Of a stretch of DNA of 64,000 nt, positions 31,421 through 43,705 are shown piece after piece. The translations under genes were made by a program, and so were the position numbers. The stretch covers positions 214,566 through 278,565 of the forward strand of contig JAQGDQ010000313.1 of the NCBI GenBank assembly GCA_030141605.1. Direction: 5' to 3'. This stretch comes from Tubiluchus corallicola (Eukaryota; Animalia; Priapulida). Under the pieces are notes generated by a model. The model did not search any database. It was not told the origin of the DNA and was given only the letters and a program-made list of their open reading frames with translations. Position 1 is the first letter of the stretch. Each line of letters begins with the position of its first letter.

Positions 31421-33713
31421 CCCAGCAAACACTGTCTAATTGGCTCGCTCAGCCTTGATTGAAGCCAATAATGCCAGCTTCATTTATTATTTAATTTACA
31501 AATTGTAAATTACTTGCATTTATATCATACTGCACAGTAAACAGTTTTTTAACTATTCCAGATAGTCTAATATCTGAGTCTGGTGTGCCACCTATTGGTC
31601 AAACATGCTAACTTCTGCCATTATTACTATATTTGTAGCTGTACATAATATCCCTCAACATAAACATGACTCTCCCAATAATGAATAAGTTTCAACAAGT
31701 TTTGATTATTAATTTTATGCAATGCTTTTGTTGATTTATTGCAATAAACTTCTATGTACAGTATATGTATGTGTATCAATGTGTATGTATATGCAGGTGT
31801 GAATGTAGGAAAGTTTTGTACAAGTAAGTATTGGTGCAGGTAAGTTTGGTACAGGTAATTTTGGTACAGGTAAATTTGGTACTACAGTATCATCTTAAGG
31901 TACAAGGAATTTTTGGTACTAGTAAAACGTGGTACTGGGAATGTTTGGTATGAGGAAAATATGGCACCAGTATTGTTTGTAGTAAGAAATATTGATACAA
32001 AGAAGTTTTGGTACTAGGAAAATAGGTTACAAGAAAAATTTGGTTCTAGGAAAGTTTGGTACTGGAAAATTTGGTACTAAACGAAAAAGAAAGCATTTCT
32101 ATATCTCAGTACAAAATAATTGTTTCAACTAGAAAATAAAGAAGTTTATACAGTCAATAAAGAAGTTTATTCAGTAGGGAGGAGATATGGTACTAGGAAA
32201 GTCTGGTTTATTAAAAAGTTCATAAAACACTATACTGTAATTAATAGTGCTTGGCAACTAAAATTTTATCCATGATTATCCCACCTTTAAGACATATTCA
32301 GGGGCATGAATGCGCTCAAGGGCATTCGGGACAACTTACGCAGAATAACAACTAACAACTGTCTTTAGTAAATAACATGACAACTAATGCCTAATCAGCA
32401 GATAAACTGATTGTGCTTTTTCATGCACATAAATTTCCAGAGCACCAATTATTTTTACACCAAATTAAGACTTTCAGCAGCCAAAAAAGACTTTACAGTT
32501 TAAACAGAAAGTAGCTTCGAAATTTCAAAGATCTACAAAAGGCAGAGACATGAGTGCCAAATCGGGCCGTTATTATAAAGGAATTAATAAGCCAGTAACC
32601 CTTGCTTTAAGACAAATTGGCAACAAATATATAATCTAAAGTCCCTCTTACCTTTGTACATACGAACATATTATACCTGAGACGTATTAATTAGACTAGA
32701 GTTAATTAGATGTCACTAGATTAATAAAATCTACTGCAGTTAATTAAATTTTAGCTTTATTTACTTTAGAGTTGCATAAATACATTATGGAGATTTAATG
32801 TCCATTATTCAGTCATGGAACTATAGTATGTACTGAGATCAAAGCTAGAATTGAAAACAATTACTATACTGGCTTAATAAGGGTTTAATGCTGGCTTAAC
32901 TGGCTGCACAAATTCTTCAGTAAGCATTACGGCTCAAATGTATGTTATGGAGGTAATGTACACCGTTTGTATATCTTTAATATTTATGTAATCATCAATG
33001 CTAATCCAAGGTACGTTTGCTTTCAACTGTTTTCTTCATGACTGGGCATACATGTTTACCCACTTTTGCTAGCTACAAGCTTAATTTTTTACTTTAATTC
33101 TTTGCTTCTACGCCCTAATCATAATATTAATTTTAAATACGTAAAGTTAGCTTATTATACGTAGTCACGATTGTCTCTTCTTTCCCATTATTGAACATTA
33201 TTTTATTAGAAACTAACACATTTGTATAATAATGCAATCATCAATCGTTTTAAATGCCAAATCTGATAATTTTTAATTACTTGATAGATGCGCATTAATT
33301 AATTATATTAGTAACAATTCTGAGATGGTGGTATTCTGACGATAGTTCTTTCGCCACCCTTTCACCACTAATCCATAATTACTTATGCACTTTGTAATAT
33401 TATTGTAAGTTGTACAGATTTATAAACCACTTAGTTATGTATTTTGCTATTTTAAAAATGGTGATAAACTAATAAAATTACTTACTTACTAACTAAGTTA
33501 CCTGAATCGGACCTTAATGCAGCTTTAATACAGCTGGTTCCATGCTGGGCCAGCGCTGGCTGCCAGAACTGGGCCAGTAACTTGCCAGCGTGCAAATGGT
33601 TCTGCCGCGGTACAGGAAACTGATTACTGCTTTCTGACTTGCCTATAGTGTTCCAGTACCGTACGTGCCGCAATGCCAGTAATTAATGGCCCAAAACTGC
33701 AATGTTTACTGGG
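31421..33713. mobile_element. Candidate non-autonomous CMC/EnSpm-like element bounded by CCCAG(C/T)AAACA termini
   Basis: CCCAGCAAACACTG at 31421 versus CAATGTTTACTGGG ending at 33713 (12 of 14 inverted match). GC-rich subterminal tggcc/gccag repeats at 33500-33700. A second left end CCCAGTAAACATTG occurs at 39206. Confidence 0.45.
31806..32210. repeat. Degenerate tandem array of 15-16 bp units (consensus ~AGGAAAGTTTGGTACT)
   Basis: More than 15 recognisable copies at 31806-32080 and an outlier near 32187-32210. Confidence 0.85.
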
Positions 33714-34305
33714 TAGGCCATTTGACGTTTGCGGCCAATAAAGCAGCGCCATATGATCGGCCTAACCTCGTTAGGTTAATTTGTCCTTTTTTAAAGTTGT
33801 CAAATAGTTGTCTTTATTTAACTTGCAAAGTCATAAATTAATGTAATCTACGTATTTTACTGATAGCAAAACAGTTAATCAGCAACTCTCAGACGTAAGC
33901 GTTGTGTATTTCTTTCCAATGACGAAATTAGACTAAATATTTCGATTAATTCACTTGAAATTTCGATCGACAGCGCAGACAATCATCAGTCTGTAATGAA
34001 ATCTAGAGCCAGGCTGGTCTCTTTCTTTCCCTCGCGAACTTTAGAAAATTACAGCATTTTTCATAACAGTATAACGTACACCAGCAATAAAAAACGGTGG
34101 CTAATGTCCCGAAAATACATTAATTACGTCGAACTGTCGTTTTATGTTTCCTATTCTGACACCTGTCTCGTAATTCTGTTATTTGTTGCTATTCTATTAC
34201 CTAGAATAATGCGAAAGCGTGTTTCGTTGAATTTGAATGTTTAGCTTCTAGATTATAGGTGCTCTTTAGGCCCAGCTAATTCATACATTCATTTCACCTA
34301 GGAGA

Positions 34306-34940
34306 GACAGTTTCGCACAGATGATACACGGAATTGTTGTCAGAAAATAAGAAAATTTTCGAATTTTTCTCCGACAACGCATGCAAAACAGTGCGAAACC
34401 GCGCGGTTTTTTACACGCGTTCAGTTAACTCCAATTTGTTGCAATTCACTGGAATTGTAATTAACGTGTTTCATCAATAGTAGACCTACTCATTTTTAAA
34501 GTAGCCACTACTTCACATTTTAAGAATATAAATGCATAATAATTATACATGTTTCCACGAATATCAGTATTACTATTGCATTAACAAAAGAAAGATCGTC
34601 TATATGATAAAAGATGGATAAAAAGTAATTTTGTGCTGAACTATCTTAATTGTTGTTGATTAAACAAGAAAGAAGTAATTAAGTAGTTAAAATTTAATGT
34701 AAATTCTGCGAGAAATCCTCACTAAAATGGAACATATTCTATTTCTGCCAAGCGGTAAAATTTCCTCCTGAGAAGGACGCATAGCTTCTTGCTGTAAATA
34801 GACTTTCTCACGAGAAAATACCTTGATGAAAATTGCTCGCGAGGTGTCTTTGTGAAATACGTCATATAAAGCAATGCGCCTCATCTTCGTAAGGAACGCC
34901 ATAAGGAATTTTGCAGCGCGTATTCTGTGAGAAATTGGCC
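34306..34940. mobile_element. Old MITE-like element, possibly PIF/Harbinger
   Basis: Left gacagtttcgcacagatgatacac resembles the reverse complement of the right end (ggccaatttctcacagaatacgc), which is followed by TTA; degenerate. Confidence 0.35.
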
Positions 34941-35352
34941 TTACAATAACACAGCAACAACAAATATTTATTAGTATTTTCCCTTTTATGCAGATATTTC
35001 AGGTTCTAATAAAAAACAGAAATTGCCCGCAACATATTTGAGTGAGTAGTGACTAGTCTGTCAATTTAACTTCCGTTTAACAGCAGCAGCTTCGTACTAG
35101 AAGTATGAATATAGATTCAGCAATTTACTTCGCAAATGGGATGATTGTTGAACGTTCGATTTCCGTTTCGGCTTTTCAATTGCATGTCAGCTTTTACCCA
35201 TATAAAGAGAGACATAGACCTATTCAACAAAACAAAACCATAAATGGTCGACGACGCTCTTACCAAGTTCTAACATCGATTACTAAGTTCTAACAAACGC
35301 CTCAAATCTTAACTTCAAAAACTGTAAAAAAAACAGTCATTGGTTCCATTTG

Positions 35353-35354
<2 letters not shown>

Positions 35355-35442
<88 letters not shown>
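35355..35442. repeat. (CT)n microsatellite
   Basis: About 88 bp of pure CT repeat. Confidence 0.98.
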
Positions 35443-35446
<4 letters not shown>

Positions 35447-37140
35447 CCTTAACTTTGCTTATTAGGTAAAACTCGTTGTTCAAACTTTTAATCTTTTGCT
35501 TGATCCGCCGGAGTTAAACATATTTTGACCGAAGTATTTACAGAATAATTTGAAAAAGAGAACACCGTTACTTATTATACCAAGTTAGAGAGCAGGATAT
35601 ATTAGTTGTAAGCTAATTGTAATTCCAAATGTTTGTAAAAGTTATTTGAAGGTCAACATATGCAAACTAAACTGTAAATTTAGTGGGTTGATTTGGTTTA
35701 AACAGTTAGTTATAGTCGTTCAGTAAGCAGAGTAAAGGACAATAAAAACAAAACGAAAAAATAGTGACAAATGTAACATTGTTAACAAAATGATGGATGT
35801 GCATGATGTTCAATATTTGCCTCTGCTGCAGTATTTACCAAACAGTCGTATTTTGAAATGCTTTTCAAAACGCGAACTGCGTGAATTTTTCTACAGTGAT
35901 TCATTTTAGTATACCTCTCTATAGAAGGCACTACGATTTGCTTTTAATTTACCTTTTAAAATACATCCAACTTGCTTAATGGCTTTGACGCTGAGCTTTC
36001 AAATTATATTTTTGAAAGCATGAACGTTTAAGCACCAATCATATCGCCTGATAAAGCATTAAAGCAAGGAACAACTCTTTGGGCAAGGGAAATCTCCCCT
36101 TATCACATACTAAATCGAATTCACGGACGCGCGCGGGGCAGATTCATTACATACAAGATAAGTACGTGGATTTTTCAGCATGAGCATTTTTGAGCATTGG
36201 ACTGCCATGATATCACTCAAAATTTTCAGACTGGTAACTTATACTGTTTCAAATTGACTCAAACTGTTCAATTTGAACTTTCGGGTACCACATTTTGCCA
36301 TGAATGCCAACACTCACTAAGTGATTTGCTTATAATGAGCAAGCAATAAATTCAAAGATAACTTTTATCGTTTAATCCATTGTTTGTAACGGGAGAAAGC
36401 ATCAGTGAATTCATAGAGAACAGTTCTCATGACGAGGTAGTGTGTCACACGGGGTTCACGATACTCTGTATAGTATAGATGTAAGCTATACCCACACTAT
36501 ACTGTAATTAAGTTTGTTAACGCGGAAAACTGAATAGGGTTTAATTAAAGCTTTATGACTGTGGAGACATTTGACACGTTTCTTTCGCATATCGACTCGA
36601 TTAGTTCCAAGTTGTAGCACGTCACTTTGCCTGCGCAACTGCATTAATAAACTGAACACACGCAGCCAGGTTTGTCTTTCTCGCAAGATCAAAATTAATA
36701 CTTTATACTCAACTACTTTCGTGATATCCTACGTATCATTGTGAATACGTATACGTGTATAGGAATAGCTGTTTTATCACTGCTCTGACGTTGAAAAAAT
36801 CAGACTTTATCAACATTCCATTGTTGAAATTTTTCTTATAACATTTTGATTTCAAAATTACATTGGAACTTTAAAAATCAAGAAGGAAATTGAGTTTTTT
36901 CAGAGATTATTGTAGTTCGCAACTGCAAATCCATATTGTGTGGAAAATTCCTACTCGAAGCCTACTAACTGCGCTAACATGAAACTGTCATCTTTTGTCA
37001 AAAAACCTGCGCGCAAGTTTTTTTTATTCAAGGCTTCTATGTATAAGTGCTTCTAAACCTGAGTTCATGCAACACGCAAATTTCAGTTTTCAATAACTTT
37101 TAATAATTTAAATTCATTGCAGAAGAAATAGCAAGCCACA

Positions 37141-38292
37141 ATGAATACCACTAAAGTTGATGACGTGACAATAAACTCGTTGGAAGAGTTAAAAAAATTG
37201 GTTTCATTCTACGCGTATCGAGTAGTTTTCTCAATAGTATTTCCTATAGGAGTCATTGGCAACACGCTCAACATCGCAGTCCTGTTTAAAAGCAAAAGAT
37301 TAAGGTCGATATCATACACGTATCTAAAGTGGCTGGCAATCGCTGACTTCTTTGTGGTTATTTTCTACTACAGTTTCGCTCTGATATTTGGAAACGCATT
37401 TACCTGGACGTTGCACACGTCACGTTATTGGTGTTACTTCCTGTATCTGCTACTGAGTGGCTTCATTTACGCCAGTAACTTCTTGGTAAGCGCGCTGACA
37501 GTTGATCGTTATGTTGCAATTTGTCACCCGTTGAGATTCCATCCGTTTCGCACACCGATGGCGGCACAGGTCCTCGCTGGCTTCGCTACTGCAATCGGCT
37601 TTATCCTTAACCTACCGGAAGTTATCAGTAGAACGCCTGTTGTTAAGATCGACAAGATGACAAACGACACGGTGTACACATGGGAATGGAACACTGCAGT
37701 CAAAGAACATCAGCTTTACAACAGCTGGGTGTGGCTCATGTCTATCGTGGGTAGGGCTGTCCCCGTCTGCATTGTCATCATCTTCAACCCTTTGATTCTG
37801 ATAGGCCATAAGAAGAACCAGGAGCGGAGAGCACAATTAAAGCAAAATCTTACCTCAGAGCAGAAGATCTCCCAAACTGAGGAAAAGCGTCTGGTGGTGT
37901 TGCTGGTAGCCGTATCAATCATATTTCTCATATGCATGACACCTAATGCCATCATTAGTGTGGTCATTCGTTGGCCTGACGCAACACTCATTCACACCTT
38001 CGGTTTCAGTATTTTTCGCTACATCAGCAGCGTGCTGAATTTCATCAACCACGCCGTGAATTTCTACGCTTATAGCATTGCTAGCCCAAGCTTTCGCAAG
38101 AGCTTCAGAGAGGTTTTCTACCCAAAAAGAATCGCCAATCTTGAAATCACGCAGTTCGCATCACGGTCCATGGCGACAAATACGGCATTGAATACACATG
38201 CCCGCCAGGCCTGGACTGTAGAAACAACAGATCCCATTCCCATGAAGATCCAAGTTAGAAGCAATAATACTACAGAAACTAAGCACGCTTAA
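37141..38292 (+). CDS. Rhodopsin-class (class A) GPCR, FMRFamide-receptor/Srw-like, intronless CDS, 383 aa
   Basis: Seven hydrophobic segments. TM1 GVIGN, TM2 LAIAD, TM3 TVDRYVAICHPL, TM6 FLICMTP, TM7 NHAVNFYAY, helix 8 SPSFRKSF; N-terminal sequon NTT. Acceptor ttcattgcag just upstream (37121) implies a 5'UTR intron. Confidence 0.95.
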   Translation: MNTTKVDDVTINSLEELKKLVSFYAYRVVFSIVFPIGVIGNTLNIAVLFKSKRLRSISYTYLKWLAIADFFVVIFYYSFALIFGNAFTWTLHTSRYWCYFLYLLLSGFIYASNFLVSALTVDRYVAICHPLRFHPFRTPMAAQVLAGFATAIGFILNLPEVISRTPVVKIDKMTNDTVYTWEWNTAVKEHQLYNSWVWLMSIVGRAVPVCIVIIFNPLILIGHKKNQERRAQLKQNLTSEQKISQTEEKRLVVLLVAVSIIFLICMTPNAIISVVIRWPDATLIHTFGFSIFRYISSVLNFINHAVNFYAYSIASPSFRKSFREVFYPKRIANLEITQFASRSMATNTALNTHARQAWTVETTDPIPMKIQVRSNNTTETKHA

Positions 38293-38747
38293 AATTTAGA
38301 CTCGGTGCCTATTTTCAAAGACTTCGACCATGAATCCAAACGAGCAATGCACGTGAGGCACCGAAGCCTTAAATCCAAATAAGATGCTTTGTAACCAGTA
38401 ACCACTGCATACAAGGGAAGAGTAAGCATACAAGCTACGAATTTGTGAATGCATTGATTGGGTAATGACAGCATAAATATGTGGGTTAATAGTGAAAATG
38501 AACTGTAGAATTGGCATGTATTTTTTGGTAAAGAGATGCATACTTTTAATTTAAATTTGAATCGAGCCACCCATTATCCACGGTAATGCACCCTCTTGTA
38601 CTATATAAGCAGACAAAGTTTGAGTACCCAACGTTTCACGATTTTTCTACGGTAAATGACCTTTGACCTATACTACTGACTGATCATCAATTATCTGATT
38701 AAAATCTGTGCCTGTTAGGTGTAATATAAATCACCCACGTTTACTTT

Positions 38748-38940
38748 CCAAATGTCTTAATTGTCCAAATGTCCTATGTGTCAAAATTAGCGTGTGTCCA
38801 AATGGCCTATGTGTCCAAATGTCCTGTGTGTCCAAATGCTCTGTGTCCAAATGTTCTCTGTGTCGAAATAACCTGTGTCTAAAATGTTTGTGTCAAAATA
38901 GTCCGTGTCTAAAATACCTGTGTCCAAAACCCTGTAACAT
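38748..38940. repeat. Tandem array of 15-17 bp units (consensus ~GTGTCCAAATGTCCT), probably internal to a non-autonomous element
   Basis: About 12 copies of tgtccaaat-type units; explains the Cys-rich ORF 38708-38953 and ORF 38787-38978. Confidence 0.88.
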
Positions 38941-39205
38941 GTTAGAACCGTAGGAGATAGAGTGCCGTATTTCGGCATTTCCTCAATGATCCCCCATATT
39001 CACCAAACACCAACAAATTTGTTCATTCAAAGTCTGGTTTCCATCCCTTGTGGTGTACATATGTTCTCCTCCTCATCAACTCCTCTCAGGACCTACTGTT
39101 CCCTATATAACGCATTTCGAAAAAATGAAATTCCATCCTGAATGATCCCTCAATATTCACCAAACACCAAACAGAATTTGCTCACCAAGTGCGGTACGAT
39201 TAACT

Positions 39206-39435
39206 CCCAGTAAACATTGACATTGTGGACCAGTTCTGGCTTTATTGCAGCTCATTCTGAGAATGCTTGCATAAAGGCAAACCTTTATTTTGGCCAGTGA
39301 TGGCATGTCGCTTCACTTTCTAGCCACAATATAGATAACATTGCTGGCCCAATTGGACAGGTGCTTGGCGGGATAAGGTGGGCGAGGGTGGGCAATCCGC
39401 AGTTGGGCCAGAACTGGCTAACAAGAATCGTGCCA
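39206..39435 (+). mobile_element. Left-end fragment of the CCCAGTAAACA element family
   Basis: CCCAGTAAACATTG is the exact inverse of 33700-33713; shares gggccagaactgg-type subterminal motifs. Confidence 0.5.
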
Positions 39436-39951
39436 TTAACAAATTCGCTATAGCAACTATTTCAAATTGTAAATGAATATTATAGTGTACGTAATCAAAC
39501 ACATTATGTCAGCTGGCATGTCAAGTTATTTGAACCAATGTTAAACAACAATTACTGATATTAAAATGTTGTTTATTATAGTCCTTATATATTAAAGTGC
39601 TTATAGTCCCAACGCAAGTGGGAATTGACGAATCTCCATTTTGATGTTATTGTATTGAACTGCAATGAACTGCTGGCTTGAGGTTAAACTGTTTTAGAAT
39701 TTTGCGAATACTATAAAATTAAAATGCTAGTATCTTAAAATTAAAAACGGTAAAACCAAACTCATTTCTTTCCAAATTACATAAATAAACCTATATGAAA
39801 TTATGACTGTTCATTTTAAGGTTATTTCAGTTGTTTTAGTTAAAATAAAATTTATTGCTGTTGTGATATATTATTTAAGTATTAATCATATTTTTATCAT
39901 ATTTGATTGATAATTTTTGACATATTTAATCACATTGATCACATTGTACCA

Positions 39952-40460
39952 GGTGGCGTAGCTTAATGGTAGCGTGCTCGCTTACCACCAGGAAGGTCGC
40001 GGGTTCAACTCGTACCATGTCTACCAAAGACTTCATAAATGGTACCGCTGGTTCTTCGACCAAGCACGCCGGTTTATCGAAGTAACGTGCTGGCACCAAA
40101 AATCGGGATCACCTTGGAAATAAGTATTGAGTTACTTAAGGCGTTATCATTGGACTATGTCCTGAACGAAATTCATTATTATATCATCATATATATCATC
40201 ATCATCACTTATCATCATCATCGCCACCACCACATCATCGCTGCCACCGCCATCACCACCATCATCGTTACAATCATTATCATCATCATATATCATCTTC
40301 ATTATCACCACCAACACCACCATCATCATCGTTACAATCATTATCATCATCATCATATATCATCTTCATTATCACCACCATCATCATTATCATCTTCATC
40401 ATCACATCATTATCATCGTCATCACCATCACCGTCAATATACTTCGTTGTCATAATCATT
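39952..40460 (+). mobile_element. tRNA-derived SINE with a Meta-like central domain and a long (ATC)n tail
   Basis: A box TAGCTTAATGG (39959-39969), B box GGTTCAACTC (40002-40011). Core ACCAAAGACTTCATAAATGGTACCGCTGGTTCTTCGACCAAGCACGC resembles the MetaSINE domain as recalled. Degenerate ATC repeat at ~40180-40460. Confidence 0.7.
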
Positions 40461-43400
40461 AGAAAATTCTTACTGGTCTCTTACCAGTCAAACATCGTAT
40501 AAATGTTTGATATATCTGATTGTTAAATATGCCCAATACAAGGTGTGCTGTTGGCATTCGGTAAGGTTATTTTTAATGGGGTGCTTGATTTTTGTGGACG
40601 CCAAAACGGATTTGTGGACATCTTTTTTCAAGGGTCACCTTCTTTTTTATTTTTGTGTACAAGTAAAAAAACGTGTCCACAAGTTAACAGATATAAGTAT
40701 TTGTGTCCACAAATACCAAGTTACTGACTATTTGCATACAGATGTCGTTTACAAGAGCATTCATCGCGTTTTTTAGTTGAAAGAAGCGTAAAGATGGTAA
40801 AGAAGATGTTGAGAGACAGCACGGCGTGTCTCTGTGGAATACAACCCACAAAGTGCACTTCATCGTCCGTAGTGCCGAGTTTAGGTTTAAAACTTACGTC
40901 CACAAATTCAAATTTCTGTACAACGTTCGTGGAATTTGTCCACAAAAGTTGCTCGATACGCACGCAACTCATCGCAAATTGCTTCGCTTTTGTGGCTTCA
41001 CTATTCAATTAGACAAACAAAATTAGAATGAGCCATGAACAGAGGTTGGCAGATACTGTGTGTGAGTTAGTATGCTCTTTGGCCGTGTGTAACTGGCTTC
41101 CTACCTAATTAATCTGGATACTAGTTAAATTGTGCTCAAAATAATTGAATACCAAGTACTAATTGAGATTATCTTTAATAGGCACTGCACAATTGTACCA
41201 ATAATCATTATACTGCGGCAGTTAATTTGACTTATTTTGTCCGTAATAAATCCGATGTGATGTTAGTTGCAGCCAGTGCAAACACCCGAATGGTTTCTGT
41301 GGTTCATTCGACAGGTATTTGGTTTATAATAAATCAGAGGCGGTGTCAGTTGCAATAAGTGCAAACAACCGGAACGTTTTAATGATATCGATATACGATG
41401 CATCACATCATGACTTATTTGTTTTGAGGAAATTTGTTGTCAGTGTCAGCAGCTATAGTGCTATAAATGTTTTATTGGCATCATTGAACATATGTTCGAT
41501 GTTTGCAATTAGCTTAGACCCACAGGCATTAAAACATACGGAACAGTCTTTTTTCGTTAGCCTATACAAATACAAGTTTGTCTACATTTATGTTATTATT
41601 CCGCTTGTACTATTTCTGTCAGCAGTGAAAAAAACACGAACGTGGACGGAGCCAGGTGATTTTTAAATAATGCAAATAAAATGTATTAAATGTCCAATAA
41701 TCTAATTATATACCTTTTGTCATCGTTGCTAAGTTTCAAATCACTGCTAGGTTCATTTACCAGGGCTGTAGAACTGAATAAGCAAACTGTAGTAGTTAAG
41801 CTGTATGGCATGTCAATTAAATTTTATAGTCTTTACCATTGCCCAAGGCTCAAACTTAGATTCCAGTTAGAGAAAACATAAATAGTCTATTTGTTCATGT
41901 TTTCATGTACTAATGAATACTATAACTAGTAAAATATAATGTTAGCACAATGGCAGGATATCCAGATATGATACTGACAAATTTTTGTTTTCCCAAATGC
42001 CAGAAAAAACATCACAACTGGAAACTCTTTAGTTCATTTTGCGTTTTTGACTATTTAGACTTCATCAAAAATAGAAAAAAAACAAATAAATGTAAAAAAA
42101 TGAAGAGGTCCCGAGAGCATTTACCATTAAAGGAACGATAAGTATCAACTCATGTTCGATGAGGCGACAAGGCTTGCAGGCTAAACTTCAGGTCAGCTAA
42201 ACAGCTAATATGATTTTGAAATCTGCTAAGTGTGAAAAGGTAACAAACTGAAGCACTAGCCATAATGTACTTGCAGGAATCCATACAAAGTCATCTAGTA
42301 TAATTTGTAAAAACAGAATGCATATTTAGCATTAGATATTTTCACATACTATATCGGGCTACCAGTGGGTAATCCATTTTTTGATAATTCTGTTCTCAGC
42401 CACTTCTGTAAGATGCTCTCACATACAAGGTGGGAATTAACTCAAGTCTAAAAAAGCATACTTCATTTGCTAGAAGAACTAAACATTCATATTATTTATA
42501 TTAGATAAAGCGATAACTGCAGAAGTGCAAAAATATATAGTCGTTGTCTTCTCAGTACTGAAAATGACACTAAAATCTTGACTCTTGGTCTAAGCTAACT
42601 CAAGATCTCTCTCAGATCAAGCATGTGAGCTTTCTAGGCACAGTGCAAACATCACAGAGTGAAGCATTGGTTCGGAGCAGTAATAATGAAAAACTGGCAT
42701 CCGTCATCTTTGACATTAAAATTTTTACTAAAAAACAAGCGGATTAGCTTTGTCGATAACTTCGAAGCTGTTGAATAACGAAGGGATACACGAACAACAG
42801 ATTCTGAAGGGATCTTGTTACACCATTCAGTCACGACCGATATGACAACAATAGAAGATTTGCTAGTAACGATTTCTAAGAAGATTCCCAAGCAACCTTT
42901 ATATAAAACCAAATTTAGGTAAGAAAAGTAAGTGATTTTGCAAAACGACATAACAATCTCTGCATTTGCTAAAACTGATTCCTTTACATCATAGTGTCAC
43001 ATTTAAAGCTCCCTTGTTTTTAATAATGAAAGCTTAATAATGAACTTATCGTTCCCTGTGCACAAGTTAAACGCAGAACTATTAAAACTTAATGCGTTAT
43101 TAAATATAAATGGCTAGTAATTGGTTTTGAAGAGTTTTTCATAACTAACCCCAAACAACAGAAAGTGGAACAAACTACACTGACGCTATCGTAGCTTCGT
43201 AGCATACTGCCACATTAACTGCAAAAACTGACATAAACACATAACTACTTTGCACATTGCATTTATTATATATAATGAGTTCATATTAATGACTGCAAAC
43301 ACAATTTGCTTTAAATTTTATGCAGCCACATTTTTACTGTAAGTACAATACTATACCAACAACAATTCGAAAGTTAAACAGAGAAGCAGAGGGAACAAAA

Positions 43401-43705
43401 TATGATTATATATTGTTCATTGTGAAAAACTTTATAATGTAATGTTGTTGTATTCACTCAGTAAGGGTAGTTGCTTAAGCGAAGCTGACTCACAGTAAAT
43501 ACTTTCCAATCTTACATGTAGCATGCTTCATTTCTTTCTGCAAAAACTTGAATGATTCTCCAATTCATGCTTAAGTATTCTCATTCCAAAGGCAAATTGT
43601 CAAGTTCAACACTTCAGGACTTTTACTCAAATTTGTATCTAACAAGATGTTGCTGACATATTGGTCAAATGCAGTTTTACAAAGTCACAAGTGATACAAC
43701 TTGAC

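Noticed and set aside
38708-38978. Cys-rich metallothionein-like ORF
   Set aside because: Produced by the 15-17 bp tandem array; no splice or promoter context.
33713-39206. GPCR captured inside one DNA transposon
   Set aside because: The two matching termini point away from the gene, so they belong to separate copies.
39952-40020. Functional tRNA gene
   Set aside because: A and B boxes are present but there is no paired acceptor stem or oligo-T terminator; it continues into a SINE body.
40039-40455. Poly-His and poly-Met/Asp ORFs
   Set aside because: Translation of the (ATC)n SINE tail.
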